A program made the position numbers and the translations under genes. A stretch of 64,000 bases of DNA from Alphaproteobacteria bacterium. Lineage in GTDB: Bacteria > Pseudomonadota > Alphaproteobacteria > Rs-D84. The DNA is taken from assembly GCA_017475605.1 (NCBI GenBank), contig JAFVFD010000005.1, forward strand, positions 75,833 through 139,832. The letters are read 5' to 3'. The stretch's first letter is position 1, and every line of letters starts with the position of its first letter. Below the pieces are notes generated by a model. The model worked only from the letters and a program-made list of their open reading frames with translations, did not search any database and was not told the origin of the DNA. This document shows, piece by piece, positions 20,801 to 29,691 of the stretch.

Positions 20801-21810
20801 GTTCCCTGGTCGGCAACATCGCAATCAATCATGGCAAGGGAAATAATGCAAAAGAGATTATAGCAAGATATGAAAAATTACGCGCACCACTTGCCGTGGC
20901 CGCTGAACATGCCAACACACCGTATACCCCGGGTGATAATTCGCTTGATTGTTCTAGATTTACCGGAACCACAGGTGTTGGTAAATCACCAAACTGCGTA
21001 TGCGCAGACCCAACAAACACAAGATTTAACTATGACCGTGGTGGTTGTGTTCCATGCGAAAGCAACAAGGTATATAATCAAAACGACGAATGTGTGTGCC
21101 CAAGTGCAACACCACGTTGGAACGATGCGACAAATCGTTGCGAGTCAGAACCAACCGTTTGTCCATTGGCAAATAAATTAAAACACGCCACAAAATGTGA
21201 ATGTGTTGAAAACGCAAGTGCGCCAGACGGCAAAAATTGCCAATGCAAAACAGACGAAGGTTTCGAAGAAAAAGACGGTCAATGCGTTCAGAAAGAAGTA
21301 CCACCAGAACACGAATCTGGATCAGAAATTGGAAAATTCTCGTTCTCGGCAGATGCCCTTTTCGCGTCAAGTCGCTGGGAAATCAAATCTGACAAGCTTA
21401 CTCAACTGCGCAGCGATTTGGCAAATGCAAAACAAACTGCGACAACCGAAAAAATTGATTTGAACGCGGACGATTATTGTGTCGTCGTCGTTGGAAAAAC
21501 CGACCGCACACAATATCCTAAAAACAGTTCTATGAACAATACAAAACTGTCTTTGTATCGCGCAAATGCCATCAAAAACGAATTAAAAACTGTATTCAAA
21601 GAATCTAATATACTTACCTATGGCATCGCAGCGAAAGACTGTCCGAAAACAAAATATCCCAGGGCAAATACCGCCGATTGCCGTCGTGTAGATGTTACTT
21701 GGTTGGCAGGATCATGCGAAGACAATAAAAATAATACAACAAATTGGATTAGCAATGTCGCAGAAGCAACAGATGCTATATCAGAATTACAGAGTTTATT
21801 AAAAAAATAA
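17821..21810 (+). CDS. Large secreted multidomain protein: CarboxypepD_reg-like domain, EGF-like Cys-rich repeats, glycine zipper, OmpA-like C-terminal domain
   Basis: Signal peptide MKKLLIAFLFIVSVIPAAFSA. Pro/Thr-rich linker. KINGKIIEGDTKLPAIGAYVTPRGVKSS...GAFHIEMFPANTDAEVSYMGYTTRIV resembles the carboxypeptidase-regulatory-like domain. Over 60 Cys in C...C..C repeats. Gly-zipper ILGAAGIGATGIGGTMIGGALA. The C-terminus FSFSADALF...VVVGKTDRTQYPKNSSMNNTKLSLYRANAIKNEL...CRRVDV fits the OmpA C-terminal domain pattern. Confidence 0.6.
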   Translation: MKKLLIAFLFIVSVIPAAFSAQSDVYSCGIASSASAPNIVPADNCIPQDILRDYRVIKGTVVKAKTDSREKVELVSIRFTPKDKSQSKELMFIASPHFAFYIKKGIDGDISFTADGYQTLILHPRDFDETMGRYVEMVPQSAAPTTTAHAVESPTTPTSTPEANKAATSTTRTRASTRSGSTPPTNGGSATTATVHKKINGKIIEGDTKLPAIGAYVTPRGVKSSPSNSGIADETGAFHIEMFPANTDAEVSYMGYTTRIVSASQMNDGMNITLQPSTETLDKAVLSIVDCGKEKRAELHALTAEVLNNTTCIPTSCENGYILEKPKNIDAKCTSCTGRVPLARTVTVENNQCVPDRCETNLVRVGNQCLVDCDKFKSKLNAKTVTRKTPGPTTIAPNNDYSSFCNIESCINHSFKKIDNQCVLQTDKECDDVAKNIKYASPKGKYIYDRKTDTLICIPDSCTATGYVVNKTTGQCELKDNNCPAEILEKMDPNASAGSIKERDPITGVAKTCEITGCNNSMTPNSNGTKCVNSQCGCGQTWDSTKDECVSKTERTCSVKNVKHAKPSGKLQCQNTTSMALSDACDKNTSCKEICAVTECEDDYKLNQQNNSCDVPTGECDFTGDKQFAKDKGIWKEKSGVLVCEPICNGTNYELDWNPQEKKYNGCKVKYCPCGSILDDSTKSCKTWAELGKSNCDPMPTGATAATRSCRDNSSGVETTNCADGTCTEFCKITACDTAAGYILKDGTCESQVGKPCTAEQLPENAVAGTQRENNGKIECVISKCANGFEVRPDELSCAPKMVLSPEQYQDEIAELADNAQKMHERETSLENRILGAAGIGATGIGGTMIGGALAERRADDDAERAMRAYLETFHCDYGNGTNVKGGETNVELPGGNDMIGLYTEYAQLANDLKIRKEALGLRPGIESEVVIDKAETGLYEYSNNGITGGTYASIARALLNPDGEDAKMWAAQRAATDSKLKTGAIVAGVGTVGSLVGNIAINHGKGNNAKEIIARYEKLRAPLAVAAEHANTPYTPGDNSLDCSRFTGTTGVGKSPNCVCADPTNTRFNYDRGGCVPCESNKVYNQNDECVCPSATPRWNDATNRCESEPTVCPLANKLKHATKCECVENASAPDGKNCQCKTDEGFEEKDGQCVQKEVPPEHESGSEIGKFSFSADALFASSRWEIKSDKLTQLRSDLANAKQTATTEKIDLNADDYCVVVVGKTDRTQYPKNSSMNNTKLSLYRANAIKNELKTVFKESNILTYGIAAKDCPKTKYPRANTADCRRVDVTWLAGSCEDNKNNTTNWISNVAEATDAISELQSLLKK

Positions 21811-21828
21811 TATGATTGTTATTTGATA

Positions 21829-21857
21829 CCCCCGCCCATTTGGGCGGGGGTATTTTA
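21829..21857. terminator. Bidirectional rho-independent terminator
   Basis: CCCCCGCCC-ATTT-GGGCGGGGG followed by TATTTTAT, between the convergent genes ending at 21810 (+) and 21855 (-). Confidence 0.6.
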
Positions 21858-22610
21858 TGGGTTGTAATAACAACTGCTTGTAAATTGAAAATTACCAATA
21901 TTATCGTGCAGTGTATAGTTCCCTGGTATATAACACTCATTTATGGCAGAGGCCCCTGCCCCTATTGTTGTTCCAACCGCTGCATCAGTGCCACTTGTTC
22001 CAGCATAAAATGTTGAAGATATCGGACATCGACTGCAAGAATTATTATTTAAATAATATCCTTGTACACACACAAAATTCGGCCCACCTGGACAACCAGC
22101 ATTATCAGGACACGCATTACACCGCGGGTCGTCCATTGAACTGGCTATTCCGTAATACCCAGATGCACATCTAAACTCTACTATTGTATTACATGTGCCA
22201 CAAATACATGTTTTTCTTTGTCTCATTTGAATGTGATACGAATTAGCCGGTGTCCAGTCTGAATCGGAACAATTTGTACAAGATGCCGAAGGGCACCCGC
22301 AGGTTTTATAAATATTCGTTGACGAATATTCACATCCATCATCTGTATAAGTTACATCCGTTAACACTTGACCTGTATTACATGATGTGCAACTTTGTAC
22401 AGGACGAAAAGCCACGCTACCACTGCCATCGTAATTTGGATTAACAATAAAGTATATTGTTTCCGATGTTTTACAATTACTGCCAGTTATTATTGTTGAA
22501 AGTACATAAGAAGAATCGGGCCTGGTTTTTGTATTTGTACATGTTTGTCCATAAGCGTTAGTAAGTGTAACAAATATTATACTAGATGTGATTAAACAGT
22601 TCCTCTTCAT
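21855..22610 (-). CDS. Secreted cysteine-rich protein with eukaryote-like furin/EGF-type Cys repeats (C..GYY..C..CP)
   Basis: Signal peptide MKRNCLITSSIIFVTLTNAYG. 30 Cys in 230 aa. Motifs CASGYYGIASSMDDPRCNACPDNAGCPGGPNFVCVQGYYLNNNSCSRCP. Confidence 0.5.
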   Translation of the reverse strand: MKRNCLITSSIIFVTLTNAYGQTCTNTKTRPDSSYVLSTIITGSNCKTSETIYFIVNPNYDGSGSVAFRPVQSCTSCNTGQVLTDVTYTDDGCEYSSTNIYKTCGCPSASCTNCSDSDWTPANSYHIQMRQRKTCICGTCNTIVEFRCASGYYGIASSMDDPRCNACPDNAGCPGGPNFVCVQGYYLNNNSCSRCPISSTFYAGTSGTDAAVGTTIGAGASAINECYIPGNYTLHDNIGNFQFTSSCYYNP

Positions 22611-22647
22611 TGTGTTTCCCCTTCCCTTTGTGTTTCCAAGCGACCGA

Positions 22648-22760
22648 TTTAAAACGGTGGTTTTGATTCGGCTATTTTTGCCGTTGACAAAGTCCCGGAA
22701 AACCGAATAAAATAGGAATAATTAAGAGGCCGATTTTAAACCACCGTTTTAAATCGGCAA
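22648..22760. repeat. About 110-bp palindromic (MITE-like) element with an embedded promoter-like and terminator-like arrangement
   Basis: 20-bp inverted repeat CGACCGATTTAAAACGGTGGTTT (22650-22672) pairs with AAACCACCGTTTTAAATCGG (22738-22757). Inner TTGACA-17-ATAAAA (22685-22713) on the + strand is followed by hairpin GCCGATTT...AAATCGGC and a T-run. Confidence 0.35.
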
Positions 22761-22914
22761 CTTTTATTTTATGCAACACATTGTGTTTACGGCATAATCC
22801 GCCGATTTTTTGTTTTTAATTTTTTGTGTTTTTTCTTTGTCATTGCAAGCCTGCGAAGCAATCCACAAACCCGTTAGATTGCCACGGTCGCTATGCTCCA
22901 TCGCAATGACAAAC

Positions 22915-22995
22915 ACCACTACCCCGGCTCGTTTCACTCGCCACCCCTTAGCATGCGAAGGGGAATTACTGAACTCTGCCCCCCATCGCCCCACC
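22915..22995. repeat. Palindromic dispersed repeat element, copy 2 (homologous to 7353-7470)
   Basis: CTACCCCGG (22919-22927) and CGCCACCCCTTAGCATGCGAAGGGGAATTA (22939-22967) align with copy 1. It is preceded by the inverted repeat TGTCATTGC (22839-22847) / GCAATGACA (22905-22913). Confidence 0.45.
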
Positions 22996-23032
22996 ATATT
23001 ATGTTGACAGGAAACACGACATTGCTTGTACT

Positions 23033-23062
23033 AAAAAACCGCCCGTATGGGCGGTTTTTATC
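23033..23062 (-). terminator. Rho-independent terminator for the autotransporter gene
   Basis: AACCGCCC-GTAT-GGGCGGTT hairpin with flanking A-run and T-run. The gene's stop is at 23070. Confidence 0.6.
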
Positions 23063-23069
23063 AAGAACA

Positions 23070-26000
23070 TTAGAATCTGTACGACCCAGACAATCTGAAC
23101 TTGTGGAACTGAATATCGTTGTTATATTGATAACGATAATCAAGACCCATTTGGAATCCCTTGGCCGACAACAATTCCACACCACCACCAATATTTGCCC
23201 ACAATGGATCAATATCTACACTGTACTTGCTGTAAGTTTTCGCCGGACCAAACTTAAAGTTAATTGAATCTGGAACCCCCAGGACATCATATTCGATTCC
23301 CGCCGATGCATATGGACGAACCTGGAACCAGGATGTTGGGTATATACGTTTTTGTACAATCAACGAATAGCCCGGTGTGAATATCAGATAACCATCCGAA
23401 TCCATTTGCATATAATCGGAACCTGCGGCCTTTTCTTTGACCGAGAAGCCAAAGTTATATCCAACACGCGCATACGCGTTACCGACCAGATATTGATTCA
23501 ACCAATCATGTAACAGGCCCCATTCGGAAATCAAACTAAATGCCGTACCGGAACCACTTATGCTTGAAACATAGTTCTGTTCACGCGAAATATCCAGCAA
23601 GTGTAAATCAAAGAACCCGTTTCCATACAGACGTGTTTTCGTACCCAAAATCTTCATCATGTATGCACCCAAACCAATATTCGTGTCTGCAACATCAAAA
23701 CTGACGCGGCCATTGATGGTTTCATTTGGTCTGTAACTTAAATCTATTGTATCAGCATCATCAGATGACATGTGCGAAACATGGCCAACAAATCCCAAAA
23801 GTAATGTTGAAGAATGTTGCCAATCATAACCGCCCATTATGCTGAATCTGTCGCCGTTCGCATGTTTTCCATCATCTGTATTTTGATAGAATAAACCATA
23901 GTCAACATCAACCCATGCTTTTTTCAAACTGCGATGACGATTCCAAATAAATTCATCCAACATGTGATCTTCGAAATCGCGGAATGTGGTATGTTCATTT
24001 AACACAACATCGCCCGCAACCAATTCTGCTTCACGTGGCTGGACCAGGCGACTAAACCGCGCCAATGCTGTACCATCCGGATTCAACACATATTGTTCCA
24101 TACGGTTGTACAATTCATTTGCCAATTCTTCTAAATTAGTTCCGGCAAATGCTACTGGTATCGCCTCGATTGGTGTAGTGTTATTAAACTTCTTATCCTT
24201 TAACCCACCCGCAATCATTTCGTCCAATGCGCCGGCGGCATCATGTTCACCATCGGTATGATTATCTACACGATCCACAATTGGTTGAATTTTGAAGACT
24301 TCAACCGGACCACCAAAGCGGGAATCAAACACGATATAGATACTGTCGGTTACACCATCTTCGTCTATATCACGCACCGTCAGATATGCCGGTAATTGTG
24401 TTTGCGTTTGGTTCGCGTTTGCATTTTCAGCAATAGAATTGTCGAAATACTTGAAACACAAACTGCCATCGGCATTACAGAAATTGACATTCAGGTTACG
24501 AATCTTGTTTGCCAATTCATCCAAGCCTTCACTGCTGGCGGAATGTAACAACCAAATGGCGGTACCACTGTCCACCATATCGAATATATCAATTCCGATT
24601 TGTGGCGCGACCAATTCATCGCCCGACAATTCAGAACCAACATTCGTTGCCTTGTTGATAAAACGACCCGCAACAGAAATCAATGGTGCCGCATTACCAT
24701 CTGTGGCATTTGTGATTTGACCCAATGTATTATCATCAGCCAATGATACCGTCGACCAATAATTGTATGTTGTTGAATTAATTTCCACACCCGGATATCC
24801 TAAAATCGCGGCATGTATCATGCTGTTATTATCAAATGTATAATTACCGCCAACATCCATGTGTTCAAGGCCAACAAATTGTACCCCGCCAGAAACATTA
24901 CCACCCACATCAACATCCAGCCAGTTATTTGCTGGATCCGCCTGGATACGCAAATTGGTTGCATCAATATTATTCGTAATCGCAACATCACTGCTTTTAA
25001 TCGTCATTGAACCAGATTCCTGTTTGATTCCCTTGACGGTTAAATTAGATGTTGTTAATACATGATTGTCGGACATTATGTTAACATCGCCCGTTCCCAA
25101 CCCAGATGTATAATTTTGACGCAACATTCCACCAATCGTAAACGCATTACCCAATGTCAAGGTATTTGCGGTTATTGTTGCCGTCCCAGTGTTATTTTTG
25201 AACGATGCGGCATTAACGGCACCTGATGTTGTCTTTAATGACAAAGTACCAGTATTTTCCACAACCCCCAATGACAAATCATCAGTTGTATTCAATGTCA
25301 ACGTGCCCGCGTTTTTGGTCTTTGCGTTGTTCCCCGTTATCGCGACAGATTCCGCATTGATTATTGCCGTACCCGCTGCAACAACATCAATACCATTTGC
25401 AAATGTCGCATTATTTGTAATGTTATAAGTTACTGTATTGGCATTAACCAACAATGCACCACCTGAAACATTCAAATTATCTGCCTTCAATGTGCCGCCA
25501 TTATTCAAGACCAACACACCACCGGTTGTGCCACCCTGGCTCATATCGCCATTGGATACAGATATATCGCCATCAACATCTATCGCCCCAGATGCCAACT
25601 TGGTTGTTCCGCCCGACAATGTCATACTATCTGAATTAACAGATGCACCCGACAAAGTAACATCGCCCCCCGATACAACCACAGAATCTATGCCCAGCGC
25701 ATTTGTTGCCGCCACCGTCGTTGTCCCGGCCGATGAATCCAACCCGGACATTGTTATGGCCTTGGCATTTATATCCAATGTACCTTTGTTCGTTACAGTA
25801 CCCGTATTAACCGAATCGGTGGTGTTCGTGGTTCCCAATGAAACCGTACCAGATGTCCCATTGTTAATCGCCGCTGTTTTAACGGTTGTACCGGTTGCCG
25901 TAACCGTACCACCATTTGTTGTTGTTATTGCATCATTAAACTTAACCACATTAGATGCAGTAACATTTAACACACCATTCGCTGTATCTGCCACAATTGC

Positions 26001-28265
26001 ACCACCCAACGTTGCATCGTTTCCGGACACAATATTCAATGTTCCATTTTTAATCGATGCACCACCATCTACCAATACATCGCCGGTATTCGTTTTTAAT
26101 GTAATTGCGGATGGGCCACTTATAACCACACCCTTGGTTTGACCGGTTGTACCGTCAAAGAATATTCCATTATCAATATCAATGTCGCCACTTGTTGCGG
26201 TTACACCATTCCCATGCAGAAGGAACAATCCAGCCCCCGACAAAGATTTTAATGTTGTTGCACCAGAATATATTTCAACCGTTCCACCATTGTTTGCCGT
26301 AACATCACCAGTAATATCTAATGTTGTTTGCGTTGTTGATGTTGGTGCGTTACCGAACGCAATATTCCCCTTGCCACCAACGGTTACATCGCCACCAACC
26401 TCTATTACATTGGCCGCCAATGTTCCAGTACGCGCCACAGACGAATCGGTTGCGGTAACATCACCATCAATATTTATTTGTCCAGTGGACGCAAGTGTAA
26501 ATCTGTTAACACCACTGTTTGCAACATTAACATCGCCCGCCGCGGTTGCATTAGTTCCACTAAATGTTAAATTGCCATTGATTTGCGTTCCGCCACCAAC
26601 AGTTAAATTATATGTATTCGCCCCAACGTTAAACGCACCCGTCGTTACCAAAAGGTCGTTAGTTATTGTTGCGCCACCAATCCGCGCATCCAGGTTTGTT
26701 ACACCACCCTGGGCATCAATACCACCGATAACAACACTGGCCCCTGCCAAATCGGAGCCCTCGATTGTCGTTGTTCCTGCGGTTGTTAACACAACGCCAT
26801 CAATTGCGATTTGACGCGCACTAACATCAGTTGTTCCACCGGAATTGCTAACCCCACCAGACAAATGAATTTTTCCAGTCGGATCGGTTTGCGCCGCAAC
26901 GGTCAAAACACCATTACCAGTATTGGATACACTGGTTAATTCTATGATATCGCCATTCAATGTCATCACACCGGCATTAGATACCGCCCCGGTCGCGGTT
27001 AATGTGCCATCCGCAGAAACCGTCGTTTTTGACCCGGCGGCACCATAAATACTTGTCCCAGATGGTGTAGTAATTGTGATATTACCGGCGGTGTCTTCTA
27101 TTGTAGAAACTGTTAATTGATAACCGCGGTTTTGAATTGTGTTGGCTGTTATGCCGCCGGCCCCCGCGGTCAAAGTCATATTTGCCGCCGCGTTTTCTGA
27201 ACCGTTGGAAATATTGTTCGCAGCAATTGAACCGCCACTTACCACCAATTCAAAGTTTGTTAATTTATTATTTTCAAAAACCTGGGACAGACTGTCTGCA
27301 CCGCCACCCAAATTCAATGTACCTGTTTTAAGGCTGAAAGTATTGGTGGCCTCCATATCGCTTAAATCAAAACCATATGCCAAACTAGTTTCACCCGTAA
27401 CAACAATTGATAAATTACCCTTGTTCACGAACGATGCCTGGGTCCCCGAACCACCATTAATTTCCAATGAATCAACCGCAATATTCATGATACTGCCGGT
27501 GTTATCATTCTTCATTGTTCCATCAACAGTCATATCCGTACCGGTTATACGCATAAGGGTTCCACTGTTTTCGACACTGCCACTTGTTGTAATTTCATCA
27601 CCCGATTCAACAAGCATAGAACCACTGTTGTTTTGGATATTACGCGCAGAAATACTGCCCGCTGTGATTTGCGTTTCCGCATTACCATTTGCGATAAAAT
27701 CGTTAGTAATCGCTAAACCATTTGTAACATTGATTGTTGTGTTTCCGGACACAGAATCAATCGTTCCGGTTATATTTGCGGCATTCGCGGTTATTTCAAG
27801 GTTATCCTTGCTGGTAATATTACCGGTATTAAGTGTACCGATATTTTCCATTACCAACCCACCATCCGCACTTATCGTACCAATATTAACAGACGAAATT
27901 GTTGTGCCCTGGGTTTTAGATTTAATCCCCAACGAATAACCAGACAAAACTTCTAATACACTTGTAATAGAAACATTACCATCACTTGCAATTGTATACG
28001 GATTCAATGCGGTTGGTTCAACAAAAATCTGACCACTGGCAACCCCGGAACCAGCCTGTCCAACATACAAATTACTTGCCGACAAACCGCCGGTTCCCAA
28101 CGATAAACCGTTACCTGAAATAACACGCACAAAATTATCAGACGGCACCGCCAGCCCATCCATAACATTTGAATTCGGGGCCGTCGCCGGATCAATAACA
28201 ATCGGTTCCGCGACCGCCGCGCTAAACGGCACAACACATGACATAAATGCTAAAAATTTTTTCAT
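23070..28265 (-). CDS. Classical (type Va) autotransporter with a long beta-helical passenger
   Basis: 1731 aa. Signal peptide MKKFLAFMSCVVPFSAAVA. Highly repetitive Gly/Thr/Asn/Ser-rich passenger. The C-terminal ~280 aa have alternating hydrophobic beta-strand pattern and end ...QFHKFRLSGSYRF, the terminal aromatic of an autotransporter beta-barrel. Confidence 0.8.
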   Translation of the reverse strand: MKKFLAFMSCVVPFSAAVAEPIVIDPATAPNSNVMDGLAVPSDNFVRVISGNGLSLGTGGLSASNLYVGQAGSGVASGQIFVEPTALNPYTIASDGNVSITSVLEVLSGYSLGIKSKTQGTTISSVNIGTISADGGLVMENIGTLNTGNITSKDNLEITANAANITGTIDSVSGNTTINVTNGLAITNDFIANGNAETQITAGSISARNIQNNSGSMLVESGDEITTSGSVENSGTLMRITGTDMTVDGTMKNDNTGSIMNIAVDSLEINGGSGTQASFVNKGNLSIVVTGETSLAYGFDLSDMEATNTFSLKTGTLNLGGGADSLSQVFENNKLTNFELVVSGGSIAANNISNGSENAAANMTLTAGAGGITANTIQNRGYQLTVSTIEDTAGNITITTPSGTSIYGAAGSKTTVSADGTLTATGAVSNAGVMTLNGDIIELTSVSNTGNGVLTVAAQTDPTGKIHLSGGVSNSGGTTDVSARQIAIDGVVLTTAGTTTIEGSDLAGASVVIGGIDAQGGVTNLDARIGGATITNDLLVTTGAFNVGANTYNLTVGGGTQINGNLTFSGTNATAAGDVNVANSGVNRFTLASTGQINIDGDVTATDSSVARTGTLAANVIEVGGDVTVGGKGNIAFGNAPTSTTQTTLDITGDVTANNGGTVEIYSGATTLKSLSGAGLFLLHGNGVTATSGDIDIDNGIFFDGTTGQTKGVVISGPSAITLKTNTGDVLVDGGASIKNGTLNIVSGNDATLGGAIVADTANGVLNVTASNVVKFNDAITTTNGGTVTATGTTVKTAAINNGTSGTVSLGTTNTTDSVNTGTVTNKGTLDINAKAITMSGLDSSAGTTTVAATNALGIDSVVVSGGDVTLSGASVNSDSMTLSGGTTKLASGAIDVDGDISVSNGDMSQGGTTGGVLVLNNGGTLKADNLNVSGGALLVNANTVTYNITNNATFANGIDVVAAGTAIINAESVAITGNNAKTKNAGTLTLNTTDDLSLGVVENTGTLSLKTTSGAVNAASFKNNTGTATITANTLTLGNAFTIGGMLRQNYTSGLGTGDVNIMSDNHVLTTSNLTVKGIKQESGSMTIKSSDVAITNNIDATNLRIQADPANNWLDVDVGGNVSGGVQFVGLEHMDVGGNYTFDNNSMIHAAILGYPGVEINSTTYNYWSTVSLADDNTLGQITNATDGNAAPLISVAGRFINKATNVGSELSGDELVAPQIGIDIFDMVDSGTAIWLLHSASSEGLDELANKIRNLNVNFCNADGSLCFKYFDNSIAENANANQTQTQLPAYLTVRDIDEDGVTDSIYIVFDSRFGGPVEVFKIQPIVDRVDNHTDGEHDAAGALDEMIAGGLKDKKFNNTTPIEAIPVAFAGTNLEELANELYNRMEQYVLNPDGTALARFSRLVQPREAELVAGDVVLNEHTTFRDFEDHMLDEFIWNRHRSLKKAWVDVDYGLFYQNTDDGKHANGDRFSIMGGYDWQHSSTLLLGFVGHVSHMSSDDADTIDLSYRPNETINGRVSFDVADTNIGLGAYMMKILGTKTRLYGNGFFDLHLLDISREQNYVSSISGSGTAFSLISEWGLLHDWLNQYLVGNAYARVGYNFGFSVKEKAAGSDYMQMDSDGYLIFTPGYSLIVQKRIYPTSWFQVRPYASAGIEYDVLGVPDSINFKFGPAKTYSKYSVDIDPLWANIGGGVELLSAKGFQMGLDYRYQYNNDIQFHKFRLSGSYRF

Positions 28266-28376
28266 TGTATTTTTTCGTTTTATTATGGTTAATTTTATGC
28301 TTGTATTTTATCATAATTTAGCAATCATAACAAGACAGAAAAATAACTTATCGTTACGTAAAGAAGGAGAAAAAGT

Positions 28377-29639
28377 ATGTACAAAATAAAACGTATCCAC
28401 GCACGTCAAATCATGGACAGCCGCGGAAATCCAACCGTTGAATGCGATGTCGTATTGTCCGGTGGCGCGTTTGGGCGCGCGGCGGTACCGTCCGGCGCAT
28501 CTACCGGTGCAGCCGAGGCGCTTGAACTGCGTGATGGTGGAACGAAATACATGGGACGTGGGGTATTGACGGCGGTAAAAAATGTTAACGATATTATCGC
28601 ACCGGCAATTATTGGAATGGATGCCACACACCAGATTGAAATTGATGAAAAAATGTTGGAATTGGATGGCACAGACAACAAATCAAAATTGGGGGCGAAC
28701 GCAATATTGGCCGTATCTTTGGCGGTGGCACATGCGGCGGCATGCGCAAAACAAATGCCACTATACAAATATATCGCTGAAATATTTGGCGAAGAAAACC
28801 CATGCGTTTTACCACGTCCAATGATGAACATTATTAACGGTGGCGCACATGCGGACAACGGCCTGGATGCCCAGGAATTTATGATTATCCCTGTTGGTGC
28901 GAAATCTGAATTTGAAGCTATCCGTATGGGGTCCGAGGTTTTCCATCACCTTAAAACAATTCTGAAACGCGGTGGCAATTCAACAAATGTTGGTGACGAA
29001 GGTGGCTTTGCACCAAACTTTCAATCAACCCGCGCGGCATTGGATACCATTATGACCGCAATAACCGATGCGGGATACACCCCCGGTACCGATATTGCAA
29101 TTGGCCTTGATGTTGCATCATCTGAATTTTACAAGGATGGCAAATATTTATTCGAAGGCCACGAAATGTCCGCCGATGATATGATTGCGTTTTATGAAAA
29201 ATTAATTTCTGATTATCCAATCATTTCTATTGAAGATGCACTGGCCGAAGAAGATTGGGATGCATGGAAAACATTGACCGCGCGCATTGGCAACAAATGC
29301 CAATTGGTTGGCGATGATTTATTTGTAACGAATCCTGCACGCCTTGAACGCGGTATAAATATGGGGGCGGCAAATGCCATCTTAATCAAAGTAAATCAGA
29401 TTGGCAGTCTTACCGAAACCCTGCGCGCAATTAAAATGGCCCAGGATGCAAAATATGGTGTAATCGTTTCACACCGCAGTGGCGAAACCGAAGATACCAC
29501 GATTGCCGACCTGGCGGTTGGAACAAACGCTGGCCAAATAAAAACTGGTTCCATGTCGCGTACCGACCGTATGGCAAAATATAACCAGTTGGTCCGCATA
29601 GAAGAAGAACTGGACAAACGCGCAAAATATGGTATATAA
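28377..29639 (+). CDS. eno: Enolase (phosphopyruvate hydratase)
   Basis: [55 protein letters not shown]... Full-length enolase, 420 aa. RBS AAGGAGAAA. Confidence 0.93.
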   Translation: MYKIKRIHARQIMDSRGNPTVECDVVLSGGAFGRAAVPSGASTGAAEALELRDGGTKYMGRGVLTAVKNVNDIIAPAIIGMDATHQIEIDEKMLELDGTDNKSKLGANAILAVSLAVAHAAACAKQMPLYKYIAEIFGEENPCVLPRPMMNIINGGAHADNGLDAQEFMIIPVGAKSEFEAIRMGSEVFHHLKTILKRGGNSTNVGDEGGFAPNFQSTRAALDTIMTAITDAGYTPGTDIAIGLDVASSEFYKDGKYLFEGHEMSADDMIAFYEKLISDYPIISIEDALAEEDWDAWKTLTARIGNKCQLVGDDLFVTNPARLERGINMGAANAILIKVNQIGSLTETLRAIKMAQDAKYGVIVSHRSGETEDTTIADLAVGTNAGQIKTGSMSRTDRMAKYNQLVRIEEELDKRAKYGI

Positions 29640-29651
29640 ATATACAACAAA

Positions 29652-29685
29652 GGAAACGGGGAATAGCATTATTCCCCGTTTAGTT
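29652..29685 (+). terminator. Rho-independent terminator after eno
   Basis: AAACGGGGAATA-GCAT-TATTCCCCGTTT followed by AGTTT. Confidence 0.55.
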
Positions 29686-29691
29686 TAACAA

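Noticed and set aside
22838-22914. Possible tRNA or tRNA-like structure (inverted repeat TGTCATTGC / GCAATGACA enclosing about 57 nt)
   Set aside because: No cloverleaf, no GTTC/T-loop or CCA-end features. Better explained as part of the palindromic repeat patchwork.
25438-27939. + strand ORFs 25438-26142, 26182-26814 and 27139-27939 within the 1731-aa autotransporter gene
   Set aside because: Antisense frames of a repetitive Thr/Gly/Asn-rich passenger. The sense ORF is uninterrupted and ends with a canonical beta-barrel terminus.
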